Below the pieces are notes generated by a model. It did no database searches and was not told the DNA's origin. It saw only the letters and a program-made list of their open reading frames with translations. This document shows positions 1-10,210 of a stretch of 64,000 bases of DNA, piece by piece. Made by a program: the position numbers and the translations under genes. How positions within the stretch are numbered: the first letter of the stretch is position 1; each line of letters begins with the position of its first letter. Source of the stretch: Solirubrobacteraceae bacterium (GTDB lineage: Bacteria; Actinomycetota; Thermoleophilia; Solirubrobacterales; Solirubrobacteraceae); assembly GCA_035540675.1 (NCBI GenBank), contig DATLGB010000223.1:4502-68501 (forward strand), in the 5' to 3' direction.

Positions 1-1021
1 AGGTCGCCTCCGGCGGCAGGTGCTCCTCGAGCGCCGCCAGCATCACGTCGCGCCGGCGGCGGTAGTGCTCGCACAGGTCGGCGACGTACCGGCGCCAGTC
101 GCCGTGGGCGAAGTAGCCGGCCACGAAATGCTGCGTCAGCGACGACGAGCACAGGTCGGCGCCCTGCTTGCCGAGGTTCATCTTCTCCAGCACGGCGCGG
201 GGCGCCGCGGCCCAGCCGAGCCGCAGGCCCGCCGAGAGGATCTTCGAGAAGGTGCCGAGGTAGATGACGTACTCGCCGCCGTCCAGCGAGCGCAGCGTCG
301 GCAGCGACTCACCCTCGTAGCGCAGCAGGCCGTACGGGTTGTCCTCGAGCACCAGCAGCTCGCGCGAGCGGGCGAGGGCGACCAGCCGCCGCCGCCGCTC
401 GAGCGACATCGTGACGCCGGCCGGGTTCTGGAAGCTCGGGATCGTGTAGATGAACTTCGGCGTGCGGCCCTGCGCCGCCAGCTCGTCGAGCCGCGCCTCG
501 AGCAGGTCGACGCGCATGCCCTCGGTGTCCATCTCGATCTGGACCACGTCGGCCTGGTACGCCGAGAAGGTGGGGACGGCCCCGGGGTACGTGGGTCCCT
601 CGGCCATCACCACGTCGCCGGGATCGAGCAGCGTCTTGCACACCAGGTCGATGACCTGCTGTCCACCCGTGGTGACGAGCAGGTCGCCGGCGTCGACGCG
701 CATCCCCTCAGCGGCCATGACCTCGCCGATGCACGCCTTGACCTCCGCGGCGCCCTCGGTCGGGCCGTACTGCAGCGCCCGCGCCAGGCGCTCCGCGGCG
801 ATGGACTGCATGACGCCGGCGAACGAGTCGGCCGGGAACGTGCTGGTGTCGGGCAGCCCGCCGGCGAGCGAGATGACCTCCGGCCGCTCCGTGATCGCCA
901 TCAGGTCGCGCATGGCCGAGGACTTCATGCCCTGGGTCCGGCGCGCGAAGAGCCCGGCGTAGCGCGCCAGCTCGTGCTGCGTCGTGGGTCGCTCGCGCGG
1001 TGTGGCGGGCCGATCGGGCAT
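1..1021 (-). CDS. PLP-dependent aminotransferase, class I/II (2-aminoadipate/aromatic transaminase-like); C-terminus lies beyond window start
   Basis: Manual minus-strand translation (absent from the track because it runs off the edge): MPDRPATPRE...MKSSAMRDLM...FIYTIPSFQNPAG...GTFSKILSAGLRLGW (PLP-lysine SK motif). ATG at 1021-1019. Confidence 0.8.
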   Translation of the reverse strand, partial: MPDRPATPRERPTTQHELARYAGLFARRTQGMKSSAMRDLMAITERPEVISLAGGLPDTSTFPADSFAGVMQSIAAERLARALQYGPTEGAAEVKACIGEVMAAEGMRVDAGDLLVTTGGQQVIDLVCKTLLDPGDVVMAEGPTYPGAVPTFSAYQADVVQIEMDTEGMRVDLLEARLDELAAQGRTPKFIYTIPSFQNPAGVTMSLERRRRLVALARSRELLVLEDNPYGLLRYEGESLPTLRSLDGGEYVIYLGTFSKILSAGLRLGWAAAPRAVLEKMNLGKQGADLCSSSLTQHFVAGYFAHGDWRRYVADLCEHYRRRRDVMLAALEEHLPPEAT

Positions 1022-1127
1022 CGCGCTGCCTGCTTCGACGCCGGACGCCGGGCCCCTCGGGGTGTCGTCTATCGTCATGCCGCCTCGCGCCGGCTCCAAG
1101 CCTGCGCGCGGGCCACCGTACCGCACG

Positions 1128-1718
1128 ATGGATCTCGTACTCGACCTCCTCCAGGCCGCCGGCATCGGCGCCGCGATCGGGATTCGGCCGTTCCTGCCGG
1201 CCCTGCTCGTCGCCGCGCTGGCGACCGGCAACCTCGGCGTCGACTTCGACGGCACGGCCTTTGCGTTCCTCGAGCAGAGGCCCTTCCTGTTCGCCGTGCT
1301 CGTCGCCCTCGTCGTCTTCGATCTGGCCCGCCGCCGCGTCGGCGACGAGCGGCTGGAGGCGGGACCCGGCCTGATCGCGCTGGCGGTCATCGCGGTAGCG
1401 CTCGCCGCGCTGATCGGCGGCGGCTCGCTCGAGGACCGCGGCAACCCCGCGATCATCGGGATCCTGGCCGGCGTCGCAGCGGCCGCGCTCGGGCTGTACG
1501 CGACCCGGCCGATCTTCGAGCGCGTCCGCGGCCGCCTCGACGCCGGCGCCGCGGCCGTGCTGCCGCTCTACCGCGAGGCCGCCGCGCTGCTCGCCGCCGC
1601 GCTGTCGATCCTCTTCCCGCCGCTCGCGGTCGTGCTCCTCGGCGGGCTGGCCTTCCTGGCCATCGGCGGCCGCCGGCGCGCGGGCGAGAAGTACGCCGGG
1701 CTGCGGATCCTGCGGTGA
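1128..1718 (+). CDS. DUF4126-like integral membrane protein
   Basis: Inner ATG of track ORF 984..1718. MDLVLDLLQAAGIGAAIGIRPFLPALLVAALATGNLGVDF, several hydrophobic helices. The upstream 48 codons overlap the divergent aminotransferase start. Confidence 0.6.
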   Translation: MDLVLDLLQAAGIGAAIGIRPFLPALLVAALATGNLGVDFDGTAFAFLEQRPFLFAVLVALVVFDLARRRVGDERLEAGPGLIALAVIAVALAALIGGGSLEDRGNPAIIGILAGVAAAALGLYATRPIFERVRGRLDAGAAAVLPLYREAAALLAAALSILFPPLAVVLLGGLAFLAIGGRRRAGEKYAGLRILR

Positions 1719-3292
1719 GCCGCGGGGCCTCCCGCCCCCCGAAGCTGGTCCTGGCGGTGGTCGACGCCATGAAGCCGGCGATGCTCGAGCGCGCCGTCTC
1801 CACCGGGAGGGCTCCCGCGATGAAGCTCCTCATGGAGCGCGGCGTGTACGTCGACGACTGCGTCGCGTCGTTCCCGTCGGTGACGCCGGTCTGCGCCGCC
1901 TCGATCGCGACCGGCACCGGCCCCGACCGGCACGGGATCCCGTCGATGAACTGGTACCACCGCCGCGAGGGCCGCTACGTCGAGTACGGCACGAGCTTCA
2001 GCGCGTCGCGGACCTTCGGCTTCAAGCGCTCGCTGACGGACACGATCTACAACATGAACAGCGAGCACCTGTCGGCCGACGTCGCGACGGTGTTCGAGTC
2101 GCTCGACGACGCGGAGGTGCGGACGGCCGGGACGACCTACCTGATGTACCGCGGCCGTCACCGCCACGAGCCGGCGGTCGACACGGCGCTGGCGCGGCTG
2201 GCGACGCAGGTGTTCCGCAAGCCCGTGCTGGGCCCGCGCGAGTTCTTCTACGCCGACATCTTCGCGTCGCGCCGGACGGGCTGCCGCGCGCAGCTGGGGC
2301 TTCCGGGGGTCCGCGACCAGCACGCCGGCTGCGTCGGGGCGCACCTGATCGAGAACGACCTGTTCGACTTCCTGCTGCTGTCGCTGCCCGACAACGACAC
2401 GCACTCGCACCGCAACGGCCCCTTCGCCCAGGTGGGCTCGATCGCCGAGGCCGACCGCCAGATCGAGCGCCTCATGCACGCCGCCGGGGGGCCGGACGCG
2501 TTCCTGGCGGAGCACGCCGTCATCGTCTGCTCGGACCATTCGCAGTCCAAGGTCGAGGCCGAGATCGACCTGTTCGCAACCTTCGAGGACTTCGCCGTCC
2601 TGCCGCCGGACGCCTCGAAGCCCGAGGACGCGACGATCGCGCTGTGCCCCGCCTCGCGCTCGGCGCAGGTGTACCTCCTCGACGGGGCGGACGCGGCGCT
2701 GCTCGGGCGCGTCGAGCGCGCCGCGCTGGAGACCGACGGCGTCGACATCGTGATGCGGCTCACCGACCATCCCGACGGCGAGGCGCTCGTGCGGACGAGC
2801 CGCGGCGAGCTGCGCTTCTCGCCCGGCGGCGCCCTGCGCGACCTGCGCGGCGGGCGCTGGAGCCTCGACGGCGACCCGTCGATCCTGGCGCTCGAGACGG
2901 CGGACGGCGAGGTCGCCTCCGCGACGTATCCGGACGCGCTCGGGCGCATCTGGTCGGCGCTGCGCTGCCGCACCGCCGGCGACGTGCTGCTCTCCGCCGC
3001 GCCGGGGTACGAGTTCCTCGACTGGGGTCGCGCGCACCACGTCGGCGGCGGGTCCCACGGCTCGCTGCATGCCAACGACTCGCACGGCGTGCTGCTGTGG
3101 TGCGGCGCCGGCCTGCCGGAGCGCGACGCGCGGCCGCAGTGGTCGCTGGACGACATCACGCCCATGATCCGCGAGCACTTCGGCGCCACGGGGGACGCGG
3201 CCGGCGCGAGCCGCGGCGCGGCGGTGGGTGCCGCCAAGGGCGCCGCGAAGGGCGGCGGGAAACGGCGCGGCCGCGCGAAGGGCGAGCGCTGA
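1715..3292 (+). CDS. Alkaline phosphatase / nucleotide pyrophosphatase superfamily protein
   Basis: GTG at 1715 overlaps the upstream TGA (GTGA). Frame of track ORF 20..3292. Motifs LAVVDAMKP, FPSVTPVCAASIATG, SLPDNDTHSHRNGP, GGGSHGSLH. Lys/Gly/Ala-rich C-terminal tail. Confidence 0.7.
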   Translation: MSRGASRPPKLVLAVVDAMKPAMLERAVSTGRAPAMKLLMERGVYVDDCVASFPSVTPVCAASIATGTGPDRHGIPSMNWYHRREGRYVEYGTSFSASRTFGFKRSLTDTIYNMNSEHLSADVATVFESLDDAEVRTAGTTYLMYRGRHRHEPAVDTALARLATQVFRKPVLGPREFFYADIFASRRTGCRAQLGLPGVRDQHAGCVGAHLIENDLFDFLLLSLPDNDTHSHRNGPFAQVGSIAEADRQIERLMHAAGGPDAFLAEHAVIVCSDHSQSKVEAEIDLFATFEDFAVLPPDASKPEDATIALCPASRSAQVYLLDGADAALLGRVERAALETDGVDIVMRLTDHPDGEALVRTSRGELRFSPGGALRDLRGGRWSLDGDPSILALETADGEVASATYPDALGRIWSALRCRTAGDVLLSAAPGYEFLDWGRAHHVGGGSHGSLHANDSHGVLLWCGAGLPERDARPQWSLDDITPMIREHFGATGDAAGASRGAAVGAAKGAAKGGGKRRGRAKGER

Positions 3293-3300
3293 GGACGGCG

Positions 3301-4977
3301 GTGCTGGCGGCGCTGGCCGCCGCCGCCGCGCTCGCGGCGCCGGCGCCCGCGGCGCAGGCCCAGACCGCCGGCTCCGCCGAGCCCGGGGCGGGACGCACGC
3401 TCACCGTCGCGCCGCCCTCGGGCACGGCCCCGCCCGGGCGCCGGCGGACGGCGAGCGATATCACGCGGCGCGCGCTGCGGCACCCGCGGATGGTCCGCCT
3501 GCGCGCGCGGCACCCGGAGGCGACCACGCGGTCGTTCCTGCTGCCCGAGAACCGCTGGCAGGTCTCGGTGTACGACCGCGGCGGCGGGCGGCGGCGCGAG
3601 GTCGGCCAGGTGATCCTCGACGACCGGACGGGCCGGGTGCTGGAGGCGTGGACGGGCGTGCAGGTCCAGTGGCCGATGGCGCGCGGCTACGCCGGCGCCT
3701 TCGGGCGGCGGGCCAGCGCGGTCTACGTCTGGCTTCCGCTGCTCGTCCTGTTCCTGCTGCCGTTCCTGCGCCCGCCGTACCGGCTGGTCCATCTCGATCT
3801 GGCGGCGGTGGCGCTGCTGTCGGTCTCGTACGCGTTCTTCAACGCGGCCGAGATCGGCGCGTCGGTCCCGCTCGCGTACCCGCCGCTGATCTACCTGCTG
3901 ATCCGCATGCTGCTGCTGGCGCGGTCACGCGGTCGCGGCGCCGGGGGCGAGCCGCCGCCGCTGCGAACGCTGGTCGGGCCGGACTTCCTCGGCCTGGCGA
4001 TCGTCTTCCTGCTCGGGTTCCGGCTCGGGCTCAACATCACGTCGTCGAACGTCATCGACGTCGGCTACGCGAGCGTGATCGGCGCCGACCTGCTGGCGCA
4101 CGGCGAGCCGGTCTACGGCAACTTCCCGCCCAGCAACGCGCACGGCGACACCTACGGGCCGGCGAACTACCTCGCGTACGTGCCGTTCGAGCTCATCGCT
4201 CCGTGGAGCGGCGCGTGGGACGACCTGCCGGCGGCGCACGCGGCGGCGTTCACGTTCGACCTCGCCTGCCTGGGCGGCCTGTGGCTGGCGGGACGGCGCC
4301 TGCGCGGCCCGCGCCTCGGGTTGCTGCTCGCCTACCTGTGGCTCGCCTGTCCGTTCACCCTGCTCGCGGTCAACTCGGGCAGCAACGACGCGCTGGTCGG
4401 GGCGCTCGTGCTCGGGGCGTTCCTGCTCGCCCGGCGGCCGCTCGCGCGCGGCGCGCTGATCGGCGTGGCCGGCCTGACGAAGTTCGCGCCGCTCGCGCTC
4501 GCGCCGCTGTTCGCGGCTCACGGCGGCGGCGGTCGCGCGGCGGCGCGGACGCTGGCCGGCACCGGCGCCGCGACCGCGCTGCTGCTGGCGGTGGTGATCG
4601 CGACCGACGGCGGGCTCGGCGGCCTGTGGGAGCGCGCCATCGGCTACCAGGCCGGCCGCGACTCGCCGTTCTCGGTCTGGGGCTGGTACGGCCTGCCCGG
4701 TCCGCAGCTGGCGGTGCAGGTCGCCGCGGTCGCCCTCGCGCTGGCCGTGGCCTTCGTGCCCCGCCGCCGCGACGACGTGAGCCTGGCCGCCCTGGCCGCC
4801 GCCGTGCTGCTGGCGCTCCAGCTCGGCGTCAGCCACTGGTTCTACCTCTACGTCGTGTGGTTCCTGCCGCTCGTGCTGATCGCCGGGCTCGCGGCGCACG
4901 GCGAGCCGGTCACGGGGCGGGCCGCAGGACGGGCTCGATCGACGCCGCCCGCCGCGGCTCCTGGGCGCAGCGGATGA
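3301..4977 (+). CDS. Polytopic membrane protein, GT-C/DUF2029 (GT87)-like glycosyltransferase candidate
   Basis: GTG at 3301 in the frame of ORF 2644..4977. Signal-like VLAALAAAAALAAPAPAAQA followed by at least 9 predicted helices. Family assignment is tentative. Confidence 0.5.
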   Translation: MLAALAAAAALAAPAPAAQAQTAGSAEPGAGRTLTVAPPSGTAPPGRRRTASDITRRALRHPRMVRLRARHPEATTRSFLLPENRWQVSVYDRGGGRRREVGQVILDDRTGRVLEAWTGVQVQWPMARGYAGAFGRRASAVYVWLPLLVLFLLPFLRPPYRLVHLDLAAVALLSVSYAFFNAAEIGASVPLAYPPLIYLLIRMLLLARSRGRGAGGEPPPLRTLVGPDFLGLAIVFLLGFRLGLNITSSNVIDVGYASVIGADLLAHGEPVYGNFPPSNAHGDTYGPANYLAYVPFELIAPWSGAWDDLPAAHAAAFTFDLACLGGLWLAGRRLRGPRLGLLLAYLWLACPFTLLAVNSGSNDALVGALVLGAFLLARRPLARGALIGVAGLTKFAPLALAPLFAAHGGGGRAAARTLAGTGAATALLLAVVIATDGGLGGLWERAIGYQAGRDSPFSVWGWYGLPGPQLAVQVAAVALALAVAFVPRRRDDVSLAALAAAVLLALQLGVSHWFYLYVVWFLPLVLIAGLAAHGEPVTGRAAGRARSTPPAAAPGRSG

Positions 4978-5689
4978 CCACGGCGTTCAGCCACGGGTCG
5001 TCCACGGCCGCGTCGTAGCGGACCGGCATCTGCGTCTTGAGGTGCTCGATCGAGCTCTCGCGGGTGACGCCGATGACGCCGCCGCGGCCGCCGGTCATGC
5101 CGACGTCCGTGATGTAGGCGGTGCCGCCCGGCAGCACGCGCGCGTCGTTGGTCGGGACGTGCGTGTGCGTGCCGACGACGGCGGTCACGCGGCCGTCGAG
5201 GTACCAGCCGAGGGCGACCTTCTCGCTCGTCGCCTCGGCGTGCATGTCGACGACGACCTGATCGGCGCTCGCGACCTCGCCGAGGGCGATGTCGACCTCC
5301 ACGAGCGCCGGCCGCGACGCCCGCATGAACAGGTTGCCGCTGAGGTTGACGACGCCGAGCGACACGCCGTGGTGCTCGACGACGCAGGTCCCGCGCCCCG
5401 GCTGGGAGGGCAGGTAGTTCGCCGGGCGCACGATCCGCGGGTGCTCGTCTAGGTAGCGGTAGGCGTCGCGGTGGCGGTAGGTGTGGTTGCCCAGCGTGAT
5501 GACGTCCGCGCCGGCGTCGAACAGGTCGTCCGCGGTCTTGGGCGTGATCCCGACCCCGCCCGCCGCGTTCTCGCCGTTGACCACGACGAAGTCGAGCCCG
5601 AGCTCCTCCCGCAGCGCGGGCAGCAGCGCGCGGAAGGCCCGGCGGCCAGGGGCGGCGACCACGTCGCCGACGAACAGGATGGTCGTCAC
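4910..5689 (-). CDS. YmdB-like metallophosphoesterase (TIGR00282 family)
   Basis: C-terminal part of track ORF 4910..6118. GTG at 5689. ILFVGDVV, NGENAAGG, LGNHT, GTHTHVPTND, GMTG motifs. Confidence 0.85.
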   Translation of the reverse strand: MTTILFVGDVVAAPGRRAFRALLPALREELGLDFVVVNGENAAGGVGITPKTADDLFDAGADVITLGNHTYRHRDAYRYLDEHPRIVRPANYLPSQPGRGTCVVEHHGVSLGVVNLSGNLFMRASRPALVEVDIALGEVASADQVVVDMHAEATSEKVALGWYLDGRVTAVVGTHTHVPTNDARVLPGGTAYITDVGMTGGRGGVIGVTRESSIEHLKTQMPVRYDAAVDDPWLNAVVIRCAQEPRRAASIEPVLRPAP

Positions 5690-5747
5690 GGAGCAGACGC
5701 TACGGCTTCGCCGGCGGGCCCGCCCCGCCAGCACGCATACTTGGGGC

Positions 5748-7103
5748 ATGGCCGGGACCGACCAGCTCGACGACGCGCCGGAGGCTCCGCCGCCCGGCGG
5801 CGGCGCGCCGCCGCCCGCACCCGTGGCGCCCGCGGCCACGCCACTCGCGCCGGCGGTGCTGCCGCGCTGGCTGCAGCTCGTGCTGCTGCCGCTGACCATC
5901 CTCGGCGCGTACGCGCTGCTGCAAGCGGCGGGTGGCGTCCTGCTGCTGTTCATCATCGCCGCGCTGATCGCGCTCCTGCTCAACCCGTCCGTGATGGTCC
6001 TGCGGCGGGCGCGCGTCCCGCGCGGGCTGGCCGTGCTGCTCGTGTTCCTCGCGCTGCTGACGGTGCTCGGCGGCGTCGGCGTGCTGCTGGCGAACCCGAT
6101 CGCCGACCAGGTGACCACGTTCCAGCGCGACGTGCCGACCTACGTCCGCGACGCCAACCAGGCGCTCGCCGACGTCGAGTCGTGGCTGCACGACCGCGGC
6201 ATCAACGTCGAGATCGCCGAGCAGGGCCAGACGGCGCTGCAGACGCTCGGGCAGCGGCTGACGGAGGGCTCGGGCGACCTCGTCAGCTTCACGCGCGAGG
6301 CACTCACGGCGCTGGTCGAGGCGTCGCTGGCGCTGATCCTCATCATCGTCCTGAGCGTCTACATGCTGCTCTACGGCGAGCGCATCGGCGCCGGCGTCCG
6401 GACCCTGGTGCCGCGCGGCGACGGCACGGCGGCCGACGACTTCCCGACGCGCATCCAGGCGGCGGTGTTCGGCTACGTCCGCGGCCAGCTGCTGTTCTCG
6501 ACGATCATGGGGGCGAGCGCCGGGCTGATGCTGTGGGTGCTCGGCAGCGTCGGGATCTTCCCCGAGGGCAAGACGTACGCCCTGTTCTTCGGCGCGTTCT
6601 ACGGCTTCGCCGAGCTGATCCCGTACATCGGGCCCGCCATCGGCGCGTCCCCGGCGGTGATGATCGCGCTGTTCGGGCCCGAACCACTCGACGCCGTGTG
6701 GCTGGTCATCGCGTTCACGGCGCTCCAGCAGATCGAGGGCCACATCGTGGCGCCGAACGTGTTCGCGCAGGCCCTGCGGATCAACCCGATCCTGGTGATC
6801 TTCGCCCTGCTCATGGGCCACTCGGTCTACGGGCTGATCGGCGCGTTCGTCGCCCTGCCGATCGCCGCGATGCTGCGCGAGACCGTCGTCTACATGCGCC
6901 GCCACGTCGTCCTCGAGCCATGGCCGCGGGTGGCGGTGGCGGGTGCCGGCCTCACCTCCGGGGTGCCGCCGCCGCAGGCGGCCGGCTCGTGCCCCGAGTG
7001 CGCGGCGCCGCTGCCGGCGGGGGCCGCCTTCTGCCCGGCGTGCGGCACGGAGGTCGACGAGCCCGGCGCGCAGGCTGCGGCGACGTCGGCGGCGCCGGGG
7101 TAG
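5748..7103 (+). CDS. AI-2E (PerM/UPF0118) family transporter with C-terminal zinc-ribbon
   Basis: Inner ATG of ORF 5481..7103. Multi-helix core ending ELIPYIGPAIG...QQIEGHIVAPNV. C-terminal CPECAAPLPAGAAFCPACG. Confidence 0.75.
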   Translation: MAGTDQLDDAPEAPPPGGGAPPPAPVAPAATPLAPAVLPRWLQLVLLPLTILGAYALLQAAGGVLLLFIIAALIALLLNPSVMVLRRARVPRGLAVLLVFLALLTVLGGVGVLLANPIADQVTTFQRDVPTYVRDANQALADVESWLHDRGINVEIAEQGQTALQTLGQRLTEGSGDLVSFTREALTALVEASLALILIIVLSVYMLLYGERIGAGVRTLVPRGDGTAADDFPTRIQAAVFGYVRGQLLFSTIMGASAGLMLWVLGSVGIFPEGKTYALFFGAFYGFAELIPYIGPAIGASPAVMIALFGPEPLDAVWLVIAFTALQQIEGHIVAPNVFAQALRINPILVIFALLMGHSVYGLIGAFVALPIAAMLRETVVYMRRHVVLEPWPRVAVAGAGLTSGVPPPQAAGSCPECAAPLPAGAAFCPACGTEVDEPGAQAAATSAAPG

Positions 7104-7114
7104 CCTCCCCCGGG

Positions 7115-7852
<738 letters not shown>

Positions 7853-7855
7853 CGC

Positions 7856-9205
7856 GTGCGCTGGCTGCTGCTCAAGGACCTGCAGATCCTGCGCCGCTCG
7901 CCGCTGCTCGTCGCGCTGCTCGTCGTCTACCCCGTCGCGGTCTCGCTGCTGGTGGGCGCGTCGGTGTCGGGAGGGCCGACGAAGCCGCGCGTGGCGTTCG
8001 CCAACCTCCTGCCCGCCGACAAGGACGAGTTCGCCATCGGCGGCGAGCGCCTGCGCGCGTCGGACTACATCGACGACCTGTTCGAGACGATCGACCCGAT
8101 CCGCGTGCGCACGCGCGAGGAGGCGATCGAGCAGGTGCGCAACGGCAACGCGATCGCCGCGTTCGTCATCCCGGCCGACGTCACCGACCGCCTGCAGGGG
8201 ACGCTCAACCTGTCCGGCGGCCCGCGGCCGGAGGTGGAGGTCCTCTACAACGCCGAGAACCCGGCCAAGCGCCGCGAGGTGGAGTCCGCCATCCGGTCGC
8301 GCCTGTCGGAGGCCAACCAGGCGCTGGCCGAGCGGCTGACGCGGATCGCCGGCAGCTACCTCGGCATCATCACGTCCGGCGGCGAGTTCTCGGTCCTGGG
8401 AAGGGAGTTCGAGGTGCTCGGGCTGCGCCGCGCGCGGACGATCATCGAGGCGACGATCGCGTCGCTGCCCGCCGACGCACCGGAGCGGACCGCGCTGGCG
8501 CAGGTCTCGCGCTTCGCCCAGCTCGCCGCCGACAACCTCGACGTCTCCGAGCCGATCCTCGCGTCGATCGGCGAGCCGGTGCAGGTCAAGCAGACGGTGG
8601 TCGGCGGCAGCCGCTCGACGCTCGAGGTCTACATGGCGCAGGTCGCCGTCTCGATCTCGATGATGTTCGTGACCCTCCTGCTCGTGGCCGGGATGCTGGC
8701 GATCGAGCGCGAGGAGCACGCCTTCTCGCGGCTCGTACGGGGGCTCGTGAGCCGCACCGGCCTGCTGGCGGAGAAGATCGTGCTCGGCGCCGTCTGCGCG
8801 GTGCCGCTCTCGCTCGGGATGCTGGCGATTCTCAGCCTGTTCCTGGACGTCGACCGGTCGCGCGCGCCGCTGTGGGTGCCGGCCGCCGTGCTGGCGGCCC
8901 TCGCGTTCGCGGCCATGGGCGCCGCCATCGGCGCGGTGGCGCGCGACGTGCGCGCGGCGTCGCTGCTGGCGTTCGCGCTGTGCCTGCCCGTCGCGGCCCT
9001 GGCGCTCGTGCCGTCCGGCGCCGTGGCCGGCTGGATCTACGACGTCATCTCGGCCGTGTCGGCGGCCTTCCCGTTCCGCCCGTGCCTCGATGCCTTCGAC
9101 GCCGCCGTCAGCGGGGGCGACCTCGGGCGGCCGCTGGTGCACCTCGCCGCGCTGGCGCTGGCCTTCGGGCTGCTCGGCCGCCTGGCGCTCAGGCGCTTCG
9201 GCTGA
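7856..9205 (+). CDS. ABC-2 type transporter permease
   Basis: Track ORF 7856..9205. N-terminal helix, large extracytoplasmic loop, then a C-terminal bundle of 5 helices. Immediately follows the ATPase. Confidence 0.8.
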   Translation: MRWLLLKDLQILRRSPLLVALLVVYPVAVSLLVGASVSGGPTKPRVAFANLLPADKDEFAIGGERLRASDYIDDLFETIDPIRVRTREEAIEQVRNGNAIAAFVIPADVTDRLQGTLNLSGGPRPEVEVLYNAENPAKRREVESAIRSRLSEANQALAERLTRIAGSYLGIITSGGEFSVLGREFEVLGLRRARTIIEATIASLPADAPERTALAQVSRFAQLAADNLDVSEPILASIGEPVQVKQTVVGGSRSTLEVYMAQVAVSISMMFVTLLLVAGMLAIEREEHAFSRLVRGLVSRTGLLAEKIVLGAVCAVPLSLGMLAILSLFLDVDRSRAPLWVPAAVLAALAFAAMGAAIGAVARDVRAASLLAFALCLPVAALALVPSGAVAGWIYDVISAVSAAFPFRPCLDAFDAAVSGGDLGRPLVHLAALALAFGLLGRLALRRFG

Positions 9206-9235
9206 GCCGCCGCGCCGTTACCCTGGATCGAACGG

Positions 9236-10210
9236 ATGCCCTTCCCCGCCACCCGCATGCGCCGGTTGCGCCGCACCGGCCTCCTGCGCGACCTGGTGCG
9301 CGAGACGAGCCTCGAGCCGCGCCACCTGGTGTCGCCGATGTTCGTGGCGTCCGGCGTGCGCGGCCGGGCGCCGATCGCGGCCATGCCAGGCGTCGACCAT
9401 CTCTCGATCGACGCCGCCGTCGAGGAGGCCGGGCAGGTCGCGGCGCTCGGGATCCCGGCCGTCCTGCTGTTCGGGCTGCCGGCGGCCAAGGACGAGGAGG
9501 GCTCGGGCGCCTGGGACGACGAGGGCGTCGTCCAGCTCGCGACGCGGGCGATCAAGGCGGCGCATCCCGACCTGCTCGTGATGGCGGACCTCTGCCTGTG
9601 CGAGTACACGAGCCACGGCCACTGTGGCCTGCTGCGCGCCGACGGCTCCGTCGACAACGATGCGACGCTCGAGCTGCTGGCGCGGACCGCCGTGTCGCAG
9701 GTCGAGGCCGGCGCCGACGTCGTCGCGCCGAGCGACATGATGGACGGGCGCGTGGGCCACCTGCGGGCGGCGCTCGACGAGCACGGCCTCGCCGACACGC
9801 CGATCATGGCCTACAGCGCCAAGTTCGCCTCGGCCTTCTACGGGCCGTTCCGCGAGGCGGCCGGCTCGACGCCGGCGCACGGCGACCGCCGCGGCTACCA
9901 GGTGGATCCGGCCAACGCCGACGAGGCGCTGCGCGAGGTGCGGCTCGACGTCGAGGAGGGCGCCGACATCGTGATGGTCAAGCCGGCGCTGCCGTACCTC
10001 GACGTCATCCGGCGCGTCAAGGACGAGACGCGGATGCCGGTGGCGGCGTACAACGTCAGCGGCGAGTACGCGATGATCAAGGCCGCAGCCGCGGCGGGCC
10101 TGCTCGACGAGCGCGGCGCCGTGCTCGAGGCGCTGACCGGCATCCGCCGCGCCGGCGCCGACATCGTCATCACCTACCACGCCAAGGACGTCGTCAAGTG
10201 GCTCGAGTAG
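9236..10210 (+). CDS. hemB: Porphobilinogen synthase (delta-aminolevulinic acid dehydratase)
   Basis: MRRLRRTGLLRDLVRET, DLCLCEYTSHGHCG, ADIVMVKPALPYLDVI (Schiff-base Lys region), YNVSGEYAM. Confidence 0.95.
   Translation: MPFPATRMRRLRRTGLLRDLVRETSLEPRHLVSPMFVASGVRGRAPIAAMPGVDHLSIDAAVEEAGQVAALGIPAVLLFGLPAAKDEEGSGAWDDEGVVQLATRAIKAAHPDLLVMADLCLCEYTSHGHCGLLRADGSVDNDATLELLARTAVSQVEAGADVVAPSDMMDGRVGHLRAALDEHGLADTPIMAYSAKFASAFYGPFREAAGSTPAHGDRRGYQVDPANADEALREVRLDVEEGADIVMVKPALPYLDVIRRVKDETRMPVAAYNVSGEYAMIKAAAAAGLLDERGAVLEALTGIRRAGADIVITYHAKDVVKWLE

Noticed and set aside
20-3292. 1090-aa track ORF spanning the first 3.3 kb
   Set aside because: Only its last 526 codons (from GTG 1715) look like a real protein (AP-superfamily motifs). 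The upstream part is Arg/Ala/Pro-rich off-frame translation, antisense to the aminotransferase and out of frame with the DUF4126 gene.
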